NCBI RefSeq assembly: GCF_000002075.1
Contig: NW_004797539.1
Location: 83,927-147,926, forward strand
DNA: 64,000 nucleotides
Direction: 5' to 3'
Source: Aplysia californica
Taxonomy: Eukaryota
The notes under the pieces were generated by a model that saw nothing but the letters and a program-made list of their open reading frames with translations, had not been told where the DNA came from and searched no databases. The position numbers and the translations under genes were made by a program. Below, piece after piece: positions 47,501-61,679 of this stretch (its first letter is position 1; each line of letters starts with the position of its first letter).

Positions 47501-50500
47501 TATCATTTTGAACTTTGTAATTCTAAGACAGCGTCTCCACGTTATTAATCTCAAGTAAAGTTAAAGTAAGTATGTAAACTTTTCTTAGATACAATCGATC
47601 AAATAAAAAGTATATACCTGTGTCATTTCACCGCTCTTCACCACATTGTACTCATTGAGGAAGAGTGTGGGTTTTGGGTCAGCTCTGTGAATCTCCCGGA
47701 ACATGTGCTCCGTGTAGAGAGGGTTTCCTGAGTGCTCCTCGTAAAAATAGCCATGAAGTAGCTCGTTGTTCACGTCCCAGTGAGCCAATCTGTGGATGGG
47801 ATTGTAATGGCAAGTGAGAAACACTAGCAAAACAAGACAACATTTATTTAATTCTTATAACAAAGACAGAATTAACTATATCTTTCATTTCTGTTGCAAT
47901 TCGGGAAAAAGCGCAACACTGGGAGGTTTTCTTAAACCCACGTTAAAATGATGAATGGTTTTGACATTTTCACCTCTTGAAAGGTGTCTATAAACTGCTT
48001 CCCGCCGACAGCAAGCTAGGGGAAGGTTCCAACCAAAGAAAATCCTCACTTGTTCTTTGTCTGTGCCGTCATGTAAGCTATACGATCATCCACGGTAGTC
48101 TTGAATTCCTGAACAGACAATCCCTTGACCCACTCAGGATTGTTAAATGGGACAGCCCAGAACATACAGTGACCTCGCACTTTGATCCTGATGAAGGAAC
48201 ACAAAAATAAATTATATAGTAGACATTGTTAGCACAGAAATTTATAACAATAAGAAAATGTAAGTTAGAATTATGTCATATAAGAAAGACATAAATAGGA
48301 CAAACTTTATCATCTCCTAAGGAATGTTCTTCCCTCTGTGTGTTAACGAATTCGAAATAGAAGAAATTTGCTTCTTAACTTCCACTGTCTTTGATTTTGT
48401 CCTCTTGTCGATGAGCCCATTTCTCCATCTTCTATTTAACAAACAAAGGCTAAATTTTATAAGATACATAAAAAAGATGAAGTCTCTAAGATTTGAAAAT
48501 TGAAAACTCTTAAGAAAGGATGGAAGAGACCAAAGAATAACGAAGATTAAATATATGTGAAAGGGGGCGGAGGACAAGCATAAATATGNNNNNNNNNNNN
48601 NNNNNNNNNNNNNNNNNNNNNNNNNNNNNNNNNNNNNNNNNNNNNNNNNNNNNNNNNNNNNNNNNNNNNNNNNNNNNNNNNNNNNNNNNNNNNNNNNNNN
48701 NNNNNNNNNNNNNNNNNCTGGAAACTAGAATATAAGCTAAGTTGTGTATAATTAATCAGATGTTCTGAGGTGTTCGATGTTTCGCCAGTTCTGGCTACTT
48801 CGGGGACATTTTAGAATTTCAATAATACTGAAAATGAAGCATGCAGTTTTGCATTGTGATGACTTGATAAGCAGCTATCCACTAATCGTCATTGTAATAA
48901 TTGGAATTTCCTTAAGATGAATCTTGCAATTCTAATTTGGAACCTATGCAGTCTGTTACTTAGAGGTATGCGTTAATTTGCAAATTGCTTGTAAGAAAGA
49001 AACGAGAGCGCGAGTCTGGTCGGCAAAAACTGAACTTTTCTCGCCCTCTTGTGTTTCTCTGAGCACAATACCTTCTCGTCTCAATAGTGTTGAAGGGTCA
49101 AAGAACGAGCCAGCAAAATAACAAGATGAATAGACAGGGGCACTAAAGCCTGTACAGTGAGGTATTTACAAGCTTTTAAAGTAATATACCCATTACGATT
49201 GAGGACATCAGTGGCTGCTACAGCTACCCTGTAGTCTGGGTTAGTCTGAAAGGAAGGGACATTATACGGGATAAATAAATGAGATATCAAATTTTTATTA
49301 AAACACGCGAGAAGTTGATTTTTTTAGATCATGGGTCGATTTAAGTAGATGCAAATAAATGACACCTTTCTCTGTACATGTGATATTACAATAGACACGG
49401 TATTCTTCTTTTCATGTTACATGGGTAGAAGCATATCATAGTCTGTTGTAATTGTCGTTTCGCTATTTCATTACTAGATATAAAGGATGTTTGCTATCCA
49501 GTAATAAAAAGGTATGACAATAATGATAACAGATGTAGTTATATCATTGTTTGGACGGCTTTATATTTCAACTTAAACAACAAATAAGCAAACAAGTAGA
49601 TAACTACACAAAGACTTGTGTAGGTCTACTCACCCTATTGCCCCTGTTAAATCGCCACTTGTAGTCCGGTATCGTGGCCCAGTTGAACATGTGGTAGTAC
49701 ACTTGCTGATATTGGGCGTAGTCCGACTCCAAGAATAGGTCTGGTTTGACCAAGGAGCCCCAGGCAAATAAGTGTTTCAGGTGGTTGATCTATTTTTAAA
49801 AAATTGTTTCAGGAGAGTTTTCATTGTTGCTGCTGATTTCGTTTTATGTTAGAGTGTTACGGCTCTTGAAACAAGAATAATAAAGGAAGGTGTCTAGTGA
49901 AAAACTGGAATAGTTCATTTTTTGGAGAGAAAAAAAATAGGGTACAAGCTTTTACCTTGCAACAATACATGTTGAATGTCTGTATAACATCAATCAAGTA
50001 AAAAAAATAAAAAAACCCAACTAAGTCGTTCTCAAAATATATTTCTATAACAACGAATTAAATGGAGTCAACCATTAAAACACTTTAAATTGACGAAGTG
50101 TTGTTAGCGCTAATGTAGATCTGAAAATAGAGTGTTCCTTTAGGAAAATAAGTGAGAATAATTACGCAGACATAATTTAGTGAAATCAGACCTGGACCTC
50201 CAAATTACGACATGTGCCTTAAACACTACATCTATTGGAACCGTTCCACAACCCGGTCCCCAAACCGAAAAAAATACCCCCAAAAAGNNNNNNNNNNNNN
50301 NNNNNNNNNNNNNNNNNNNNNNNNNNNNNNNNNNNNNNNNNNNNNNNNNNNNNNNNNNNNNNNNNNNNNNNNNNNNNNNNNNNNNNNNNNNNNNNNNNNN
50401 NNNNNNNNNNNNNNNNNNNNNNNNNNNNNNNNNNNNNNNNNNNNNNNNNNNNNNNNNNNNNNNNNNNNNNNNNNNNNNNNNNNNNNNNNNNNNNNNNNNN

Positions 50501-53500
50501 NNNNNNNNNNNNNNNNNNNNNNNNNNNNNNNNNNNNNNNNNNNNNNNNNNNNNNNNNNNNNNNNNNNNNNNNNNNNNNNNNNNNNNNNNNNCTCGGCGCT
50601 AAGTGGGCTACATTAACCTTTAACTCTAAAACATCTATGATCTTTAGTCCATCGTATTGTCTCCTCCTCGTTCTCTCCCTCCCCCCCCCCCCCTTCCCCC
50701 CCCCCCCTCCTGCTCTTCCTCCCGTTCCATTACATTCAAAACCAACAAACACAAACGATATGAGGATTTACGAGAACCCAAGAGCAGTGTAATATCTGTA
50801 GTAACAAAATGAGCTCACCTCCACCGTCACGTCCTCGGGTCGAAAACCAGAGGAGAGACTCACGCTGAGGACAAAGAGGAAAGACATGATTACACCTATG
50901 GATAATGTCCAGCAGAGGAGCAATCACAGAGGGTAGCAAATCGTATGAGGTTTCACAAATTAGAAATGCTGCTAAGAAACATGCTACGGAATCAAAAACA
51001 AATCAGCTGACGCCAAACAAGAGAGGGAACAAGAGACACCAACGATAATTGTACCTTCATCAACTCAATCGGGATGTCGAAAGCAATGTTTTCAATCATC
51101 AATATAAAAGCAACAGAAAATGTTGGTATTGGCCTTAAAGGAGCAAGTAGACTTCTGTTTAAAACTGCCAAACTCACTTCACATGCAAATTGCTTTTCCT
51201 GAAATTCTCAATTCTTTCATTTGCTTCCCGCTCCCAGTTCGGGTTAGAGGGCAGTTCAGTGAGAGAGGCGTCGTCGAAGTAGTAATCTGTTCCTGGTAAA
51301 AGGCCTTCCAAGTACAGAGATGCTCGAGTCCATTCTGTACAGAGATAGTTATATCACGTTTAAGATCTGTTCGTAAATCACGGAAATCAATAAGTTCTCT
51401 TATGACCAAAGCACCCTCTAAAGGTAAAATAATGCAAAAACAAATTATTTTTACCTTTTTTAAAGACATTTTCACATTTTGGTGAAGAAACAAGGTGAAA
51501 GATCAATTAGAAACAAATTATTCTCAAAGCACGATACATAGAGACACCACTGCCAATCCCTGCCTCCCCCCCCCCCCCCCCCCGCACCCCTTTTGATTTT
51601 TTAACAACAAAAAACGACCGACTTTTGGAGGGAAAGTAATATCCAAACTTAAGGTACCAGAATGAAACAGTCCTAGTTGCGTTTCTCCAGGGTCCATCCC
51701 AATACCCCGTTTTGTGTGCTTGGGTTTCGCGTAGGTTTGTGTGCTTGCGTGCGCGTATGTATGTCTTTCTACTGGCTACAAAAGGCAGCAATTGCAGTGT
51801 GTAATGAACGTTCAAAATATACTGAAATCCGTAGAGGAGATAGGCTTATGTCCTCTCTCCCTATCTTTTTAACAACTATACAGAGTTTATTTTTAGAAAA
51901 TCTCATAACCTGCAGGAGTCACTATTGGGGGCGCACAACATCAATAATCTGAGATACGCAGATGATACAGTTCTGCTTGCAAACATTGACAAAAATCTTT
52001 CTAAAGTTGTGAAAGTAGTGATTTTTTTAAAGTGAACAGCAGCAGGGCATGCCTCGACTTGAACGCCAAAAAACTCCAAAACAATGGTCTTTTCAAAATC
52101 TTCTGGAAAAACAACAGACATAACTATAGATGGGAAGAAAATCAAACAAGTGCACAAATTCAAGCTTCCAGGGCAGCAATCCCAGGTGATGGAAGAAGTG
52201 AAAAAGAAATAGACATAAGAACAGCAACTGCAAAAACAAGATTCAGCCAAATGTACAAACTATTTAAATTCAGGCAATTTTCTCTAACTTTAAAAAAGAA
52301 AATGTTGGAATGCTACATCTTCCCCATATTCCTATATGGCACAGAGACCTGGACTTTTGAGAAGGAAAGAAGAAAGCAAAATAAATGCGTTTGAGATGTG
52401 GTGCTACCGTAGAATGACCAGAATAAGTTGGGAAACAAAAAAGACAAACAATGAAGTGTGGCAGATTCTACACACAAGACAAACCCTGCTCAATAGAATA
52501 AAAATTAAATGTAGAAAAATAATATACTTTGGCTACTTAAAACGACACGAGACCATTGAGAAAGAAGTGTTTGAAGGAAGGGTGTGGGGCAGGAGAGCCA
52601 GATTAAGACAAAGAATACCATGGATGAACAACATAAGAACATGAATTGGCCTGGGTACAGCAGAATGTGCAATGGCAGCTCGCGTGCGTGAAAGATGGAG
52701 AGTCAGTACACGTCAACTTCTGAGTCAGAGATGACACATCCAGGTATCCATGTATGTCGGTCTTTGTGTTTGTTTGTGTGTGTGTGTATGATACGTGATT
52801 GTGTGTTTGTGTTGGGAATGTGTGCGCGTGAGAAGGGCAGGGAGGAGGTCTTCATACCAAAGTTGGGAGGTATGAAGTCACCACCCAGCATGGTCCATCC
52901 GTCAGCAGTTGTCAGGTAAGGTCGGGAGCAAATAGGGAAGTAATTCTTGGAACCTGGAAGAGATTAGTATCAGAAAGCATGATTTCTGCCTAATACTAAT
53001 GAGTTTAGATAGGATTTGAATACATATAACTTAAGATTAGGTCTGTACTCAAAACGTAGAATTCAAAAGACGGCTAGGAACAACTTCATACTTGTCTTTG
53101 TGAGTCCAAACAAAGATTGTATATAACCACAATGCTCTATGTGAGAAAACGTTAGGCCGAATGGTTTGTATAACGTTGCTTTGTGCTAATGATCGTATAT
53201 GCACAGAACAAAGACGAATTAGACCTATGCTTACATATTTGGATGCATTTCAATTAATGATAATTAAGTCTCATTTTCGGTGGAAGTCTTTGAAAAACAC
53301 ATTCAAACAGTTGACATGAAAAACACACCGTCTTTCAAAGTAAAGCTGATTTTCACACCGGCTTTCTGGAACATTCTCCCAGGAAGGTCATTGATGAGCT
53401 TAATGTAAGACTTGAACACGTAATGTTTGCCTCTGGAGATCTGAATGTCCTGTGCAGGACCCATCCAAGATTGAGTTCTGTAAAGGAATGTAAATGGAAG

Positions 53501-53977
53501 GAGGGAGAAAGGGGTGGGGAAATAGTGCAAAACAGAATTAGAGAGTTTAGAATATTTATGGAACTTAATGAATGATAATTTAGACAATGCATCCAAGACG
53601 TCGAGCAAGCAAGCATAACCAAGTAGTTAAACAGTATAACACTATCATTCTTTTACACTCTATAACAAATGGAACTAAACCAAAATCCTAAGAAAGAATA
53701 GCAGAAAAAACAAGCAACAGTTGACATAAAAGACTGACCTGCCGGTACATTTGACGGCCACTCGTCCTTCATGAACCTGCTCTGTTGTGGTGACCATGCT
53801 GAACCCGTCATGGGACCATGACGTAACTCCATTCTCGAACCCGGGGTTCTTCATCAGTTCCACGGCCGCTCTTGTTACTACGCCATTACAAAGAACCAAA
53901 ACAAAAATAGCAGTGAAGACTGGTAAGTTCACGATTTGGATTTTCCTGCGCAATAGTCCCTCTTTCGTTGCTCCCAT
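36590..53977 (-). CDS. Copy B: secreted CBM4_9 + GH10 + PCSK9-C-terminal-like triple Cys module protein, 19 exons
   Basis: Exons: 53739-53977, 53329-53477, 52858-52953, 51178-51334, 50819-50864, 49634-49789, 49190-49245, 48050-48187, 47618-47789, 45648-45758, 44694-44785, <43944-44053 (3' end in gap; LERVLRLYFSHPGVHGVIFWGFW), 43238-43454, 42780-43012, 40306-40396, 38969-39097, 38205-38294, 37598-37777, 36590-36690 (TAG). Exon lengths are identical to copy A wherever both are visible, and all GH10 catalytic motifs are intact. Confidence 0.94.
39110..39765. repeat. Degenerate ~60-70 bp intronic minisatellite upstream of the exon 16 acceptor (copy B)
   Basis: Repeated acgt(g/a)tggataaacatcttgtacttctagagacaacaca; a shorter array lies at 14470-14670 in copy A. 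Confidence 0.75.
41285..42470 (-). mobile_element. RTE-type LINE reverse transcriptase fragment (copy B intron 14)
   Basis: CFIDYTKAFDKV, GVRQGCLLSPDLF, NNLRHADD, YLGTIISSDGRC, EIKSRI, MLRIPWT, GKRGRGR-like motifs, with frameshifts. Confidence 0.9.
44515..44594. repeat. (AGAC)n(AG)n microsatellite
   Basis: direct inspection. Confidence 0.9.
46060..46400 (-). mobile_element. RTE-type LINE 3' fragment (copy B intron 9)
   Basis: IRKRKLRFFGNMNRSNGLEKLLLCGKIEGKRSRGR; (AAG)n-like tail near 46050. Confidence 0.75.
51178..53870 (-). other. CBM4_9-like module coding region, copy B (exons 1-4)
   Basis: ELMKNPGFENGVTSW...GRTQSWMGPAQ...DGWTMLGGDF...YYFDDASL. Confidence 0.8.
51880..52740 (+). mobile_element. 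RTE-type LINE RT 3' fragment (copy B intron 3)
   Basis: NINNLRYADDTVLLA, LNAKK, FLYGTETWT, INAFEMWCYRRMTRISW, EGRVWGRRAR. Confidence 0.85.
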
Positions 53978-55228
53978 GTTGTGGGGTTTAACGACAAAGA
54001 AGAGACGACCAGGTGCCCCAAAGACGAATGTGTTTGTTGAGTGGAGTTCATTACATATACCTCTCCTTATATTTATCTTATTGCAACAGCAAAACAGAAA
54101 CTCCTAGAATTCTACATGGCTTTGCAAAGACAACACAAGAAAAAGACGCGCAAGAAAGAAAAATAACGAATGCTCCCACATAGGGCATGGTACAAAATAA
54201 AAAGGCGAAAGTTTTACAATCTAGCACGTCTGGAGCTACAGACATGTGTGACCTGCTGAAGATTACAAGACGACCATGTTTCACACCAAGCCTCTTTGTG
54301 ATATTGATATCGGTTGAATGCCCTCAATGTCAAAAGACTTGGGTCAGTCGTTCACAAAATACCGCTTACGCACTGCTGTCTGTTCGCTTTCAAGTGCCCA
54401 TGTTTGCAACCCACGTCTTACTTACCTCTTGGCTAAATGCACTACCAATGTGTACATGAGTTCCAAATGCTATTGACCTTGAGGAATTATGTTTGTCCTT
54501 AGAACCTGTTTGTACACTGTTTAGAATGGTTTACACTACTGAGATCACCGCGTTTCAACAACGACAATTTCACTCTTTCGTTCACCTTAATTTTCACATC
54601 CCTGAACGCACAATCAGTATTCTCGAACCAGCAAAACATTATGTGTTTTAAAAGTTTCGATGGCCATATCCCTTCGTTGCTGCAAAATCAAATATTCAGG
54701 TTAGGAATCTTATGATTATCCGACAAGATCAAAGGAATTCGCCGCTGTGTAAAAAGTGTTTATAATGCAGATCATACGAAAAGAAAATCTTACGGACAGT
54801 AAAAATATAATAAAACAATAATATGCACAAATGCAGGGAAATAATAATGAAAACGTATATCCTATTTTGTTTAGGGGAAGTTCACTCTCAACAGCAAGCT
54901 CTGTGTACTTTACAATCTATCTTATTTTCTCTTTTCCCACACACGCATGCCAAAGCATACTGCCCATCTATTTATTTCCACTTAATTTATTAATACAAAT
55001 CTACATTCAAAAAGAGAACGAGCTTAATTAACGCAAGTAAAGTTCTATTACTTACAGTTACACAAGTACTTGTTTACTTTTACAAATGTGTCTTAGGTCA
55101 CGGGTCTAAGTGTCGTACTGATGTTCACCCTGAGTTGCGGGGAAAAAGACACTGAAAATGGTGGTTTCTGGTCATTTGTTAAAATACTGCTATGTGTGCG
55201 CACAAGCATACCTAATCTATTTATCCCA

Positions 55229-55231
<3 letters not shown>

Positions 55232-55316
<85 letters not shown>

Positions 55317-55394
55317 ATCTCTCGCACTCGCTCTCTCTCTGTCACTTTCTCGTTCTCTCTCTCTTTCTCTGCGCGCCCGCGCGCGCGTGCGTGT

Positions 55395-55452
<58 letters not shown>

Positions 55453-55470
55453 ATGTTTGTGTGTGTGTGC
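55232..55470. repeat. (CT)n + (GT)n compound microsatellite
   Basis: direct inspection. Confidence 0.9.
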
Positions 55471-55594
55471 ATGTGAACAAAATGTGTACGTATGTCTTTT
55501 GTTGTTGTTGGGGGGGGGGGAATAATTGTTTGGGGTTTTATTTTTATTTTTTTTGGGGGGGAGGAGCGGGGGGGGGAGGAGCGGGGGGGAGAAG

Positions 55595-55825
55595 GAGCTA
55601 AGGAGTAGCAGAAGAAAGTCTGCAGAAAGAGTCAGGTGCCCAGAGGTGGGGACAAATTAAATGAGGTGAGAAGGTGGGGGAAGAAAGTGGAGACGTTGTT
55701 AGAGAGTTGGAAATCGGGTGAAATACAATATTTTGAGAAGAAAATTTCCGTCGCTATCCGGATTCGAACCCGGGACTTATTAAATGGAGGGCGAACACCG
55801 TAACCTCTTAACCACTGAGGGCCCC
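55595..55825 (-). mobile_element. SINE family 2 5' half
   Basis: ccggattcgaacccgggac...gcgaacaccgtaacctcttaaccactgagggccc. Confidence 0.65.
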
Positions 55826-58800
55826 CCCTCCCCCAACCTCTCCGCCGTACATGTATGGGTTGTGCAAGTGTTCATGCAAGTGCATTTTTGTGCAAGTGGT
55901 CTTACCGTAGTGTAATTGATTGTGTGTGAGTGTTATAAGTGATCACGTATGTGTTTGGTTGTGAATGTTNNNNNNNNNNNNNNNNNNNNNNNNNNNNNNN
56001 NNNNNNNNNNNNNNNNNNNNNNNNNNNNNNNNNNNNNNNNNNNNNNNNNNNNNNNNNNNNNNNNNNNNNNNNNNNNNNNNNNNNNNNNNNNNNNNNNNNN
56101 NNNNNNNNNNNNNNNNNNNNNNNNNNNNNNNNNNNNNNNNAACTTTTATTATGCATTCAAATCTACATACATTTAACATCGAAAACATCAGGTGACAGTC
56201 CAAATGTTAATGTATGTGTGTATGTGTTTGAATATTCTTACGTGCGCGCGTGGGTGTTTGTGTATGTGTGTGTATGAGTGTATATTGGGGGGTGTCATAA
56301 GTATTTATGCATACGTTTGCATGTGGATGCTCCTTGACAATATTTCTCAAAGGACGAAGAGGAGGGTGACGGCATGAAGTAAATATCAGCCTTGTGTATT
56401 TCAAAAGCTTCCATGCTTTTGGTCTGTACTCTTTATTTTCAGAATAGTTTTTCTTTTGCAGTCCATTGAAACTGAATTCTCTGTCATTTCCTATTCAACG
56501 GGCTATCTTAAACTCTCGACGTTTTTACCTTTTAAAAGGGACGAAACTTCAGAACGTTGAGTATGTCGGTTATCTTTAAGTTAGCGCACGTGGAGTCGGA
56601 GGGCAGAAGTATTTTTGCAACCTACATATGTGCTGGGGTTAAAAAGAGTGACAGAAAATTCTGACCTTTTAAAATGCACCAATCAGAACATTGAAACCAA
56701 TGGGGCTCGACTTAAATGCATACAACCTTTAAGTGGCGTTCTCCAGTTTGGATACCCATTCCTCCCCGCCACGATTTTTTCCCAAATGGGCAAAATCCTA
56801 CCGCCCGTTCTTATTTTAGTACAGACTGTTGTTTTTTGTGTCCATCGCAAAAATAGAAACAAAACGAAGGGAGCAGTCATCTTCACTCGACGACTCCTAG
56901 CCCTATTCTGTAGTATATAATCTAGGATGAAGAGCAACGAAAGTAGACATTTACGAGTTAACGATGACAACACTTTATTATAAAGCTACTTCGACACCGC
57001 ACACAGACCGGCGTAACAGTGTCCTAGAATTCCTGTCTAGCGTCATGTGTCCTATAACAGCATCCTGTGTCCTCTTTATTCACTTTCTATTAGTGGCATA
57101 AGGCAAAGTCTGTCAGAAGCTACAAAGGTCGAAAAATAGCCGAGTTATCGTCCTTGAGAAAGCACTTTTGTGTGCATGCGAGAGGGTGGGGGTGTTGGGG
57201 GGTTCACGCAAAGGGAATGGGAGAGGACACATCAAGGTCAGACAGTCGAAGTGGCCCCCTCCCCATACCTGGAGGTGCCTCTATCTCGCCTTAGAAAAAT
57301 CAAAAAGGAAAACAAAATCAAAACAGAGACTCAAAACTAATACCCACAGACCCGTAAGGGAGACCGAGACCTTGAATAGAAAATGACCAGAACAAACTCG
57401 TTCCTACCTAGAATAAAGTTTAAAGAAGAACACAGTAGTTGCAAAGCATCCACATAATCAATCATAAACACTGCTTCCCTTCTTTAATTTGGGAACATCG
57501 TCGCAGTCAAATTAAAACGTGGACCGTGATAGAAAACGACTTCATAAATAAAAGTACAGTAATAAATGTTCAGGAAATCACCAATGGGCAACGTGCACAA
57601 CATTCGAAACTGTTTCATTTCCACACAAATACCCTGTTCATCCCTCCTTTCGGGCCACTCTCATTGGCAGTGACAAGCACGGATTATGTAAGATAACAAT
57701 TAAACTGGTAGAGTCTACCTCATAAAGGAGAGGGGGGGGGGAGGCTAATTCCTAATAACCTCATGACTACTGTAAGCGCTTGCTTTTTTTCCTCAACCTT
57801 TTACCACCCTATAATCAGGTCATGGCATGATTATATCGACCCCTGTCTGCAAAAAAAAAGCTAGAAAAGACAGCCAAATTTGAAAACAAATTGATAATAC
57901 ATTTCTAGTATTGTCACCTCTGCTTCACATCTTTAGTTGCAATTACAGGGTTTTTTTTAAACTGGAGATCATTATTCCCACAGCACATTTAAAAGTTATA
58001 AATTATGTTTTGCCCAAAGTGGGAATAGCAATTAATTTATGAGATATTTTCTCGATTATTTTAGCAGGTCAACAAATAACATGAGTTCTTTGGTTTGGTT
58101 TGGTTGGTTTTGTTTTGTTTGGCTAGTTTTGCTTTTGATTGTTTGTTTGTATGTTAACCGCTTTTTTTCAATTGATATCAATATCGTAGTTGGCTGGGAC
58201 TGTGGGTTGTGTCAGAACAAAGGGAACAAAGAAAAAAAAGACAGAATAGACAAACAACTAAATAGTTTGTTTACGTGTTGGAAGTTACGGAACATAATCA
58301 TTCAATGCGGAATTCAGCAATAGGTTGGATGTCTACGTGATTTCAGTGAGTGCTAATGTTGGTGGAAACCTCTAATCTGTCTGAAAGGCGAGTTCACAGT
58401 TTCACATTTTTCTCAAATTGTATTAAAGACAGGCGAGGTTGCTCTGGGCTCGGATTGTGTGGTAAAATCTCTTGAGCTTTCTGTTTGTGACGTTGGTGAA
58501 TTTTTGGCCCTAACATGCATAAAGCTTTGATCCCCAGAGGAGGGAGTGGGTCGAAAAGAGCGCTTACAAGTCTCCCTCAGTTTACCGATTACTCATTTTC
58601 TTGTGAGGACATACCAGAAAGTTTACAGTATTACTATAAACCCTCTCTGGGCATACCAAAAGATAATTGAAATCGGTTTCAAACCTCTAGCTTTCAAGTT
58701 TTAGTCAAGTTCGTTACCACTTAATCCCAGCGACTGAAAGTTTGGAGCTAGTACTGGTATATGTTGATACGTATGTCGAGGAATGAAAACCTACACCTTC

Positions 58801-61679
58801 AAATAATTCATAAATTCATCGGTTACCATGGAAACGGGGGCTATCTTGAATTTTGTTGATAATTCTATTTTCTTAAACATTTCAAAACTATGCTACCTAG
58901 ACGATTTTTTAAAAGGCAAAAGGAAGAGAAGGTATGCGATTTTACAGCTTGCTGGTTTTCATATCGAGAAAGACCGGTAGTAGTTCAAGAGTGAAACATG
59001 TTGGCTATATATTCCACTCTTTTTGGAAAAGCTCACTTTGGAGACCTCCGAACTGATTACAAGGCGAAGTTTACAATCCTGGAAAACACGCTTCATTACT
59101 TATAGTTCGCCTGGACTTTTTAATACACAAGATTTGAAAAGAGAGCGGAGTGGAAATAGATACAGAGCAAAATAGCATCGTATATATATTATGATTTGGT
59201 CACTTGTGGATGTACAGAGTGATAAAAAAACCGAACTCCGCAGGTTTTTTCGTAAATATTTTCCTCCACAGTGGCGCTTTGTGTTTCAAATTTGAACACA
59301 ATATTTGGCAGCCGAAAGGAATTTGTCTGATATTCATGTTAGATAGTTCCACAGAATAGTTTTGCTCAGTATGGCACAAAAGGAAATAACCTTTATTTAC
59401 CTTGTCCCCATTTGTGTGGCATGACGCACCAGTTCGCATTAGGCCTGCCACAAAAAGTCGATTGCAATATATTATTGTAAACTACAGCAGTCTGATATGT
59501 CAACAGAAGTTTGCAGATATAGTTTTCTGTGGCTGCTGAGATCATAGTTAAGTTAAGCCAAAGATAGTAAATAACAAGATGGGCCACTCAGCCAAAAAAG
59601 TGTCCGCAGGAAGTTCGCTCTTTGCTTCAGATGGCGATGTCGGCGGCTAGAACCTTCCTACTCTTCAGTGGTCCACTTTCTCAATTAAAATTCAAATCTT
59701 CATCTGTGTCAGTATCATTTTCATGTTCGTGAGATTGACATGGATCACAGGGGCAATGCGTTTAAAGTTTCTCGGTCGTCTTGAAAAGCGTGAACATTCC
59801 CTCAGTGACATTTGGTTTAGTGGTAGAGCCCATTTTCACCTTTCAAGATATGTAAACTGAACAAATGTTGTCTATTGGACACCCCCTATCATATCTAGAA
59901 GACATTTTTAATGAAAAGTCTAAAGTATGTTCGGTTTTAAGCATTTATGGTTTGGCGGGTCCTTACGTTTGGCCACCACGAACGACGCGTCAAAAATGTT
60001 TCGAATCCAAAGCAAGGCATAATGTAGAGTACTGGCTCTAAGAATAAGAAAAATAACAATGTAAGGTCTTTAATTATATAAGAAAAATATTAAATACTGT
60101 TTAAATATTACAGGGATCGAAAAATCAAATGACGATCTTACACGAAAGTAAAACTTTTCCATATTGGCAAAAGCCTGGCTCCCTTTGAGTATCATTATGT
60201 AACGCTGCAAATTTTTCTAACAGCATCAAATTAAATGGCCACATGTTGTTTCCAGTTTTCGTCTTTGTTGTTGCTTGAATATGGAAGCAATGGTCTCTTG
60301 TTTGTTTGCTGTTTTCGTTTATTTTTCTGTGTATGAAACAGATGATGAATTTTGTTCAGCAGTACTTGAAGTTTGTATCACAAAGAAATTTTTCCTCAGC
60401 TTTTCCCTCCAGTTGCAGCTAAAATACAAACGAATCAAAACCTATTTTCTTCCCTTCTACCTTTCTTTTGGGATTGGCAAATTGTTTCGTTTTGTTCGTG
60501 TATGTTTTGTGTTGTTATTTGGAGGAAGGGTGGGATTGTCAAGTTCTTCGCTGGAGATGGAGGAGGGGGCAGGGTGCAACTGACATTTTGTCTGTTTAGT
60601 CTTCTAAAACAGGCTTACCGAGAGACAAGCACTCAGGTTACTTAAGGTGAACTAGGTACAGCTGAAATGAAATTTTTTGTTTGGGCTCTAAATTAAGTAT
60701 ACTGGGATTCCCAATAACCAGTATGGGTCAAGAAACAGAAACACACTATCCCTATATGATTTCACTGTTAATTTTTTGAATTTTTAAGATGCAAAGGGTT
60801 CGACAGACCAAAATTCGCGCAAATTGTTGGCAGGGATTCTGAAAAAGATTGAATTGATACAGCCTTGATGTTGTCACACAGAGTTTGTGTATATACAGCC
60901 TGCAACGTACTAAAGATTTACTTTCCTAAGTCTCATACTTTTCTTGTAACTGCCCTTTTAGTGTCATATACGATACTTGGACAAAAAAATGATCACAAAT
61001 CAGAGTTATACTGCCAATCTTTTTAACACTGACGGAAGACTTATTACACTATCACAATAATCATTTAGTACGTTGCAAACATATTATCTAGAAACAGTCA
61101 TGCAAAGTTGGATTCAGCTGCGACGAGTACTTTTAGAAATATCTCTGCCAAGGTGACCCACCCCCCTAAGAAAATCATAGTTTTTAGAAAACTTTAAAAA
61201 ACACGAATTCATACCATTCTATTACCACACAATGTTAAAATACATGGCATATGTGAGCACTTTATAGATGTTTTGGACACTTGAAAATATTTTCAATCGA
61301 TAAAGCAGATGTTGCTCTACTAAAATAGTCCAAAATCGAAAAATCGGTTTTGGATACCAAAATCGACTTTTTAGGCTGATAAATACGAGTATTATAATCC
61401 AATACTGAAAAACTGTCGCTATTGTTTGAGTTTGCAAAGAGGTCAAAATTCCTCTTCCCGCCTATTCTCTTCCCACCTCTGTTCTGCCACGCCCCACATC
61501 CCAGCAGAGCAAGGCGTGCGTCTTTTCTTATACATAAATAGACTAGACCTGCAACACACATCCAGCGTCTCCGCTCTCAGTGGGACCAAATTTGGGCCGC
61601 CGTGACATCATACGTGAAGACATTTCTAACTTCTTTTAAGAATGAGTGATCAGAATTACAATTAACTTTTTTTGGTAAG

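Noticed and set aside
9791-53977. Bacterial contamination or recent horizontal transfer of GH10
   Set aside because: 18 spliceosomal introns per gene and embedding among animal SINEs/LINEs; endogenous GH10 genes are known in molluscs.
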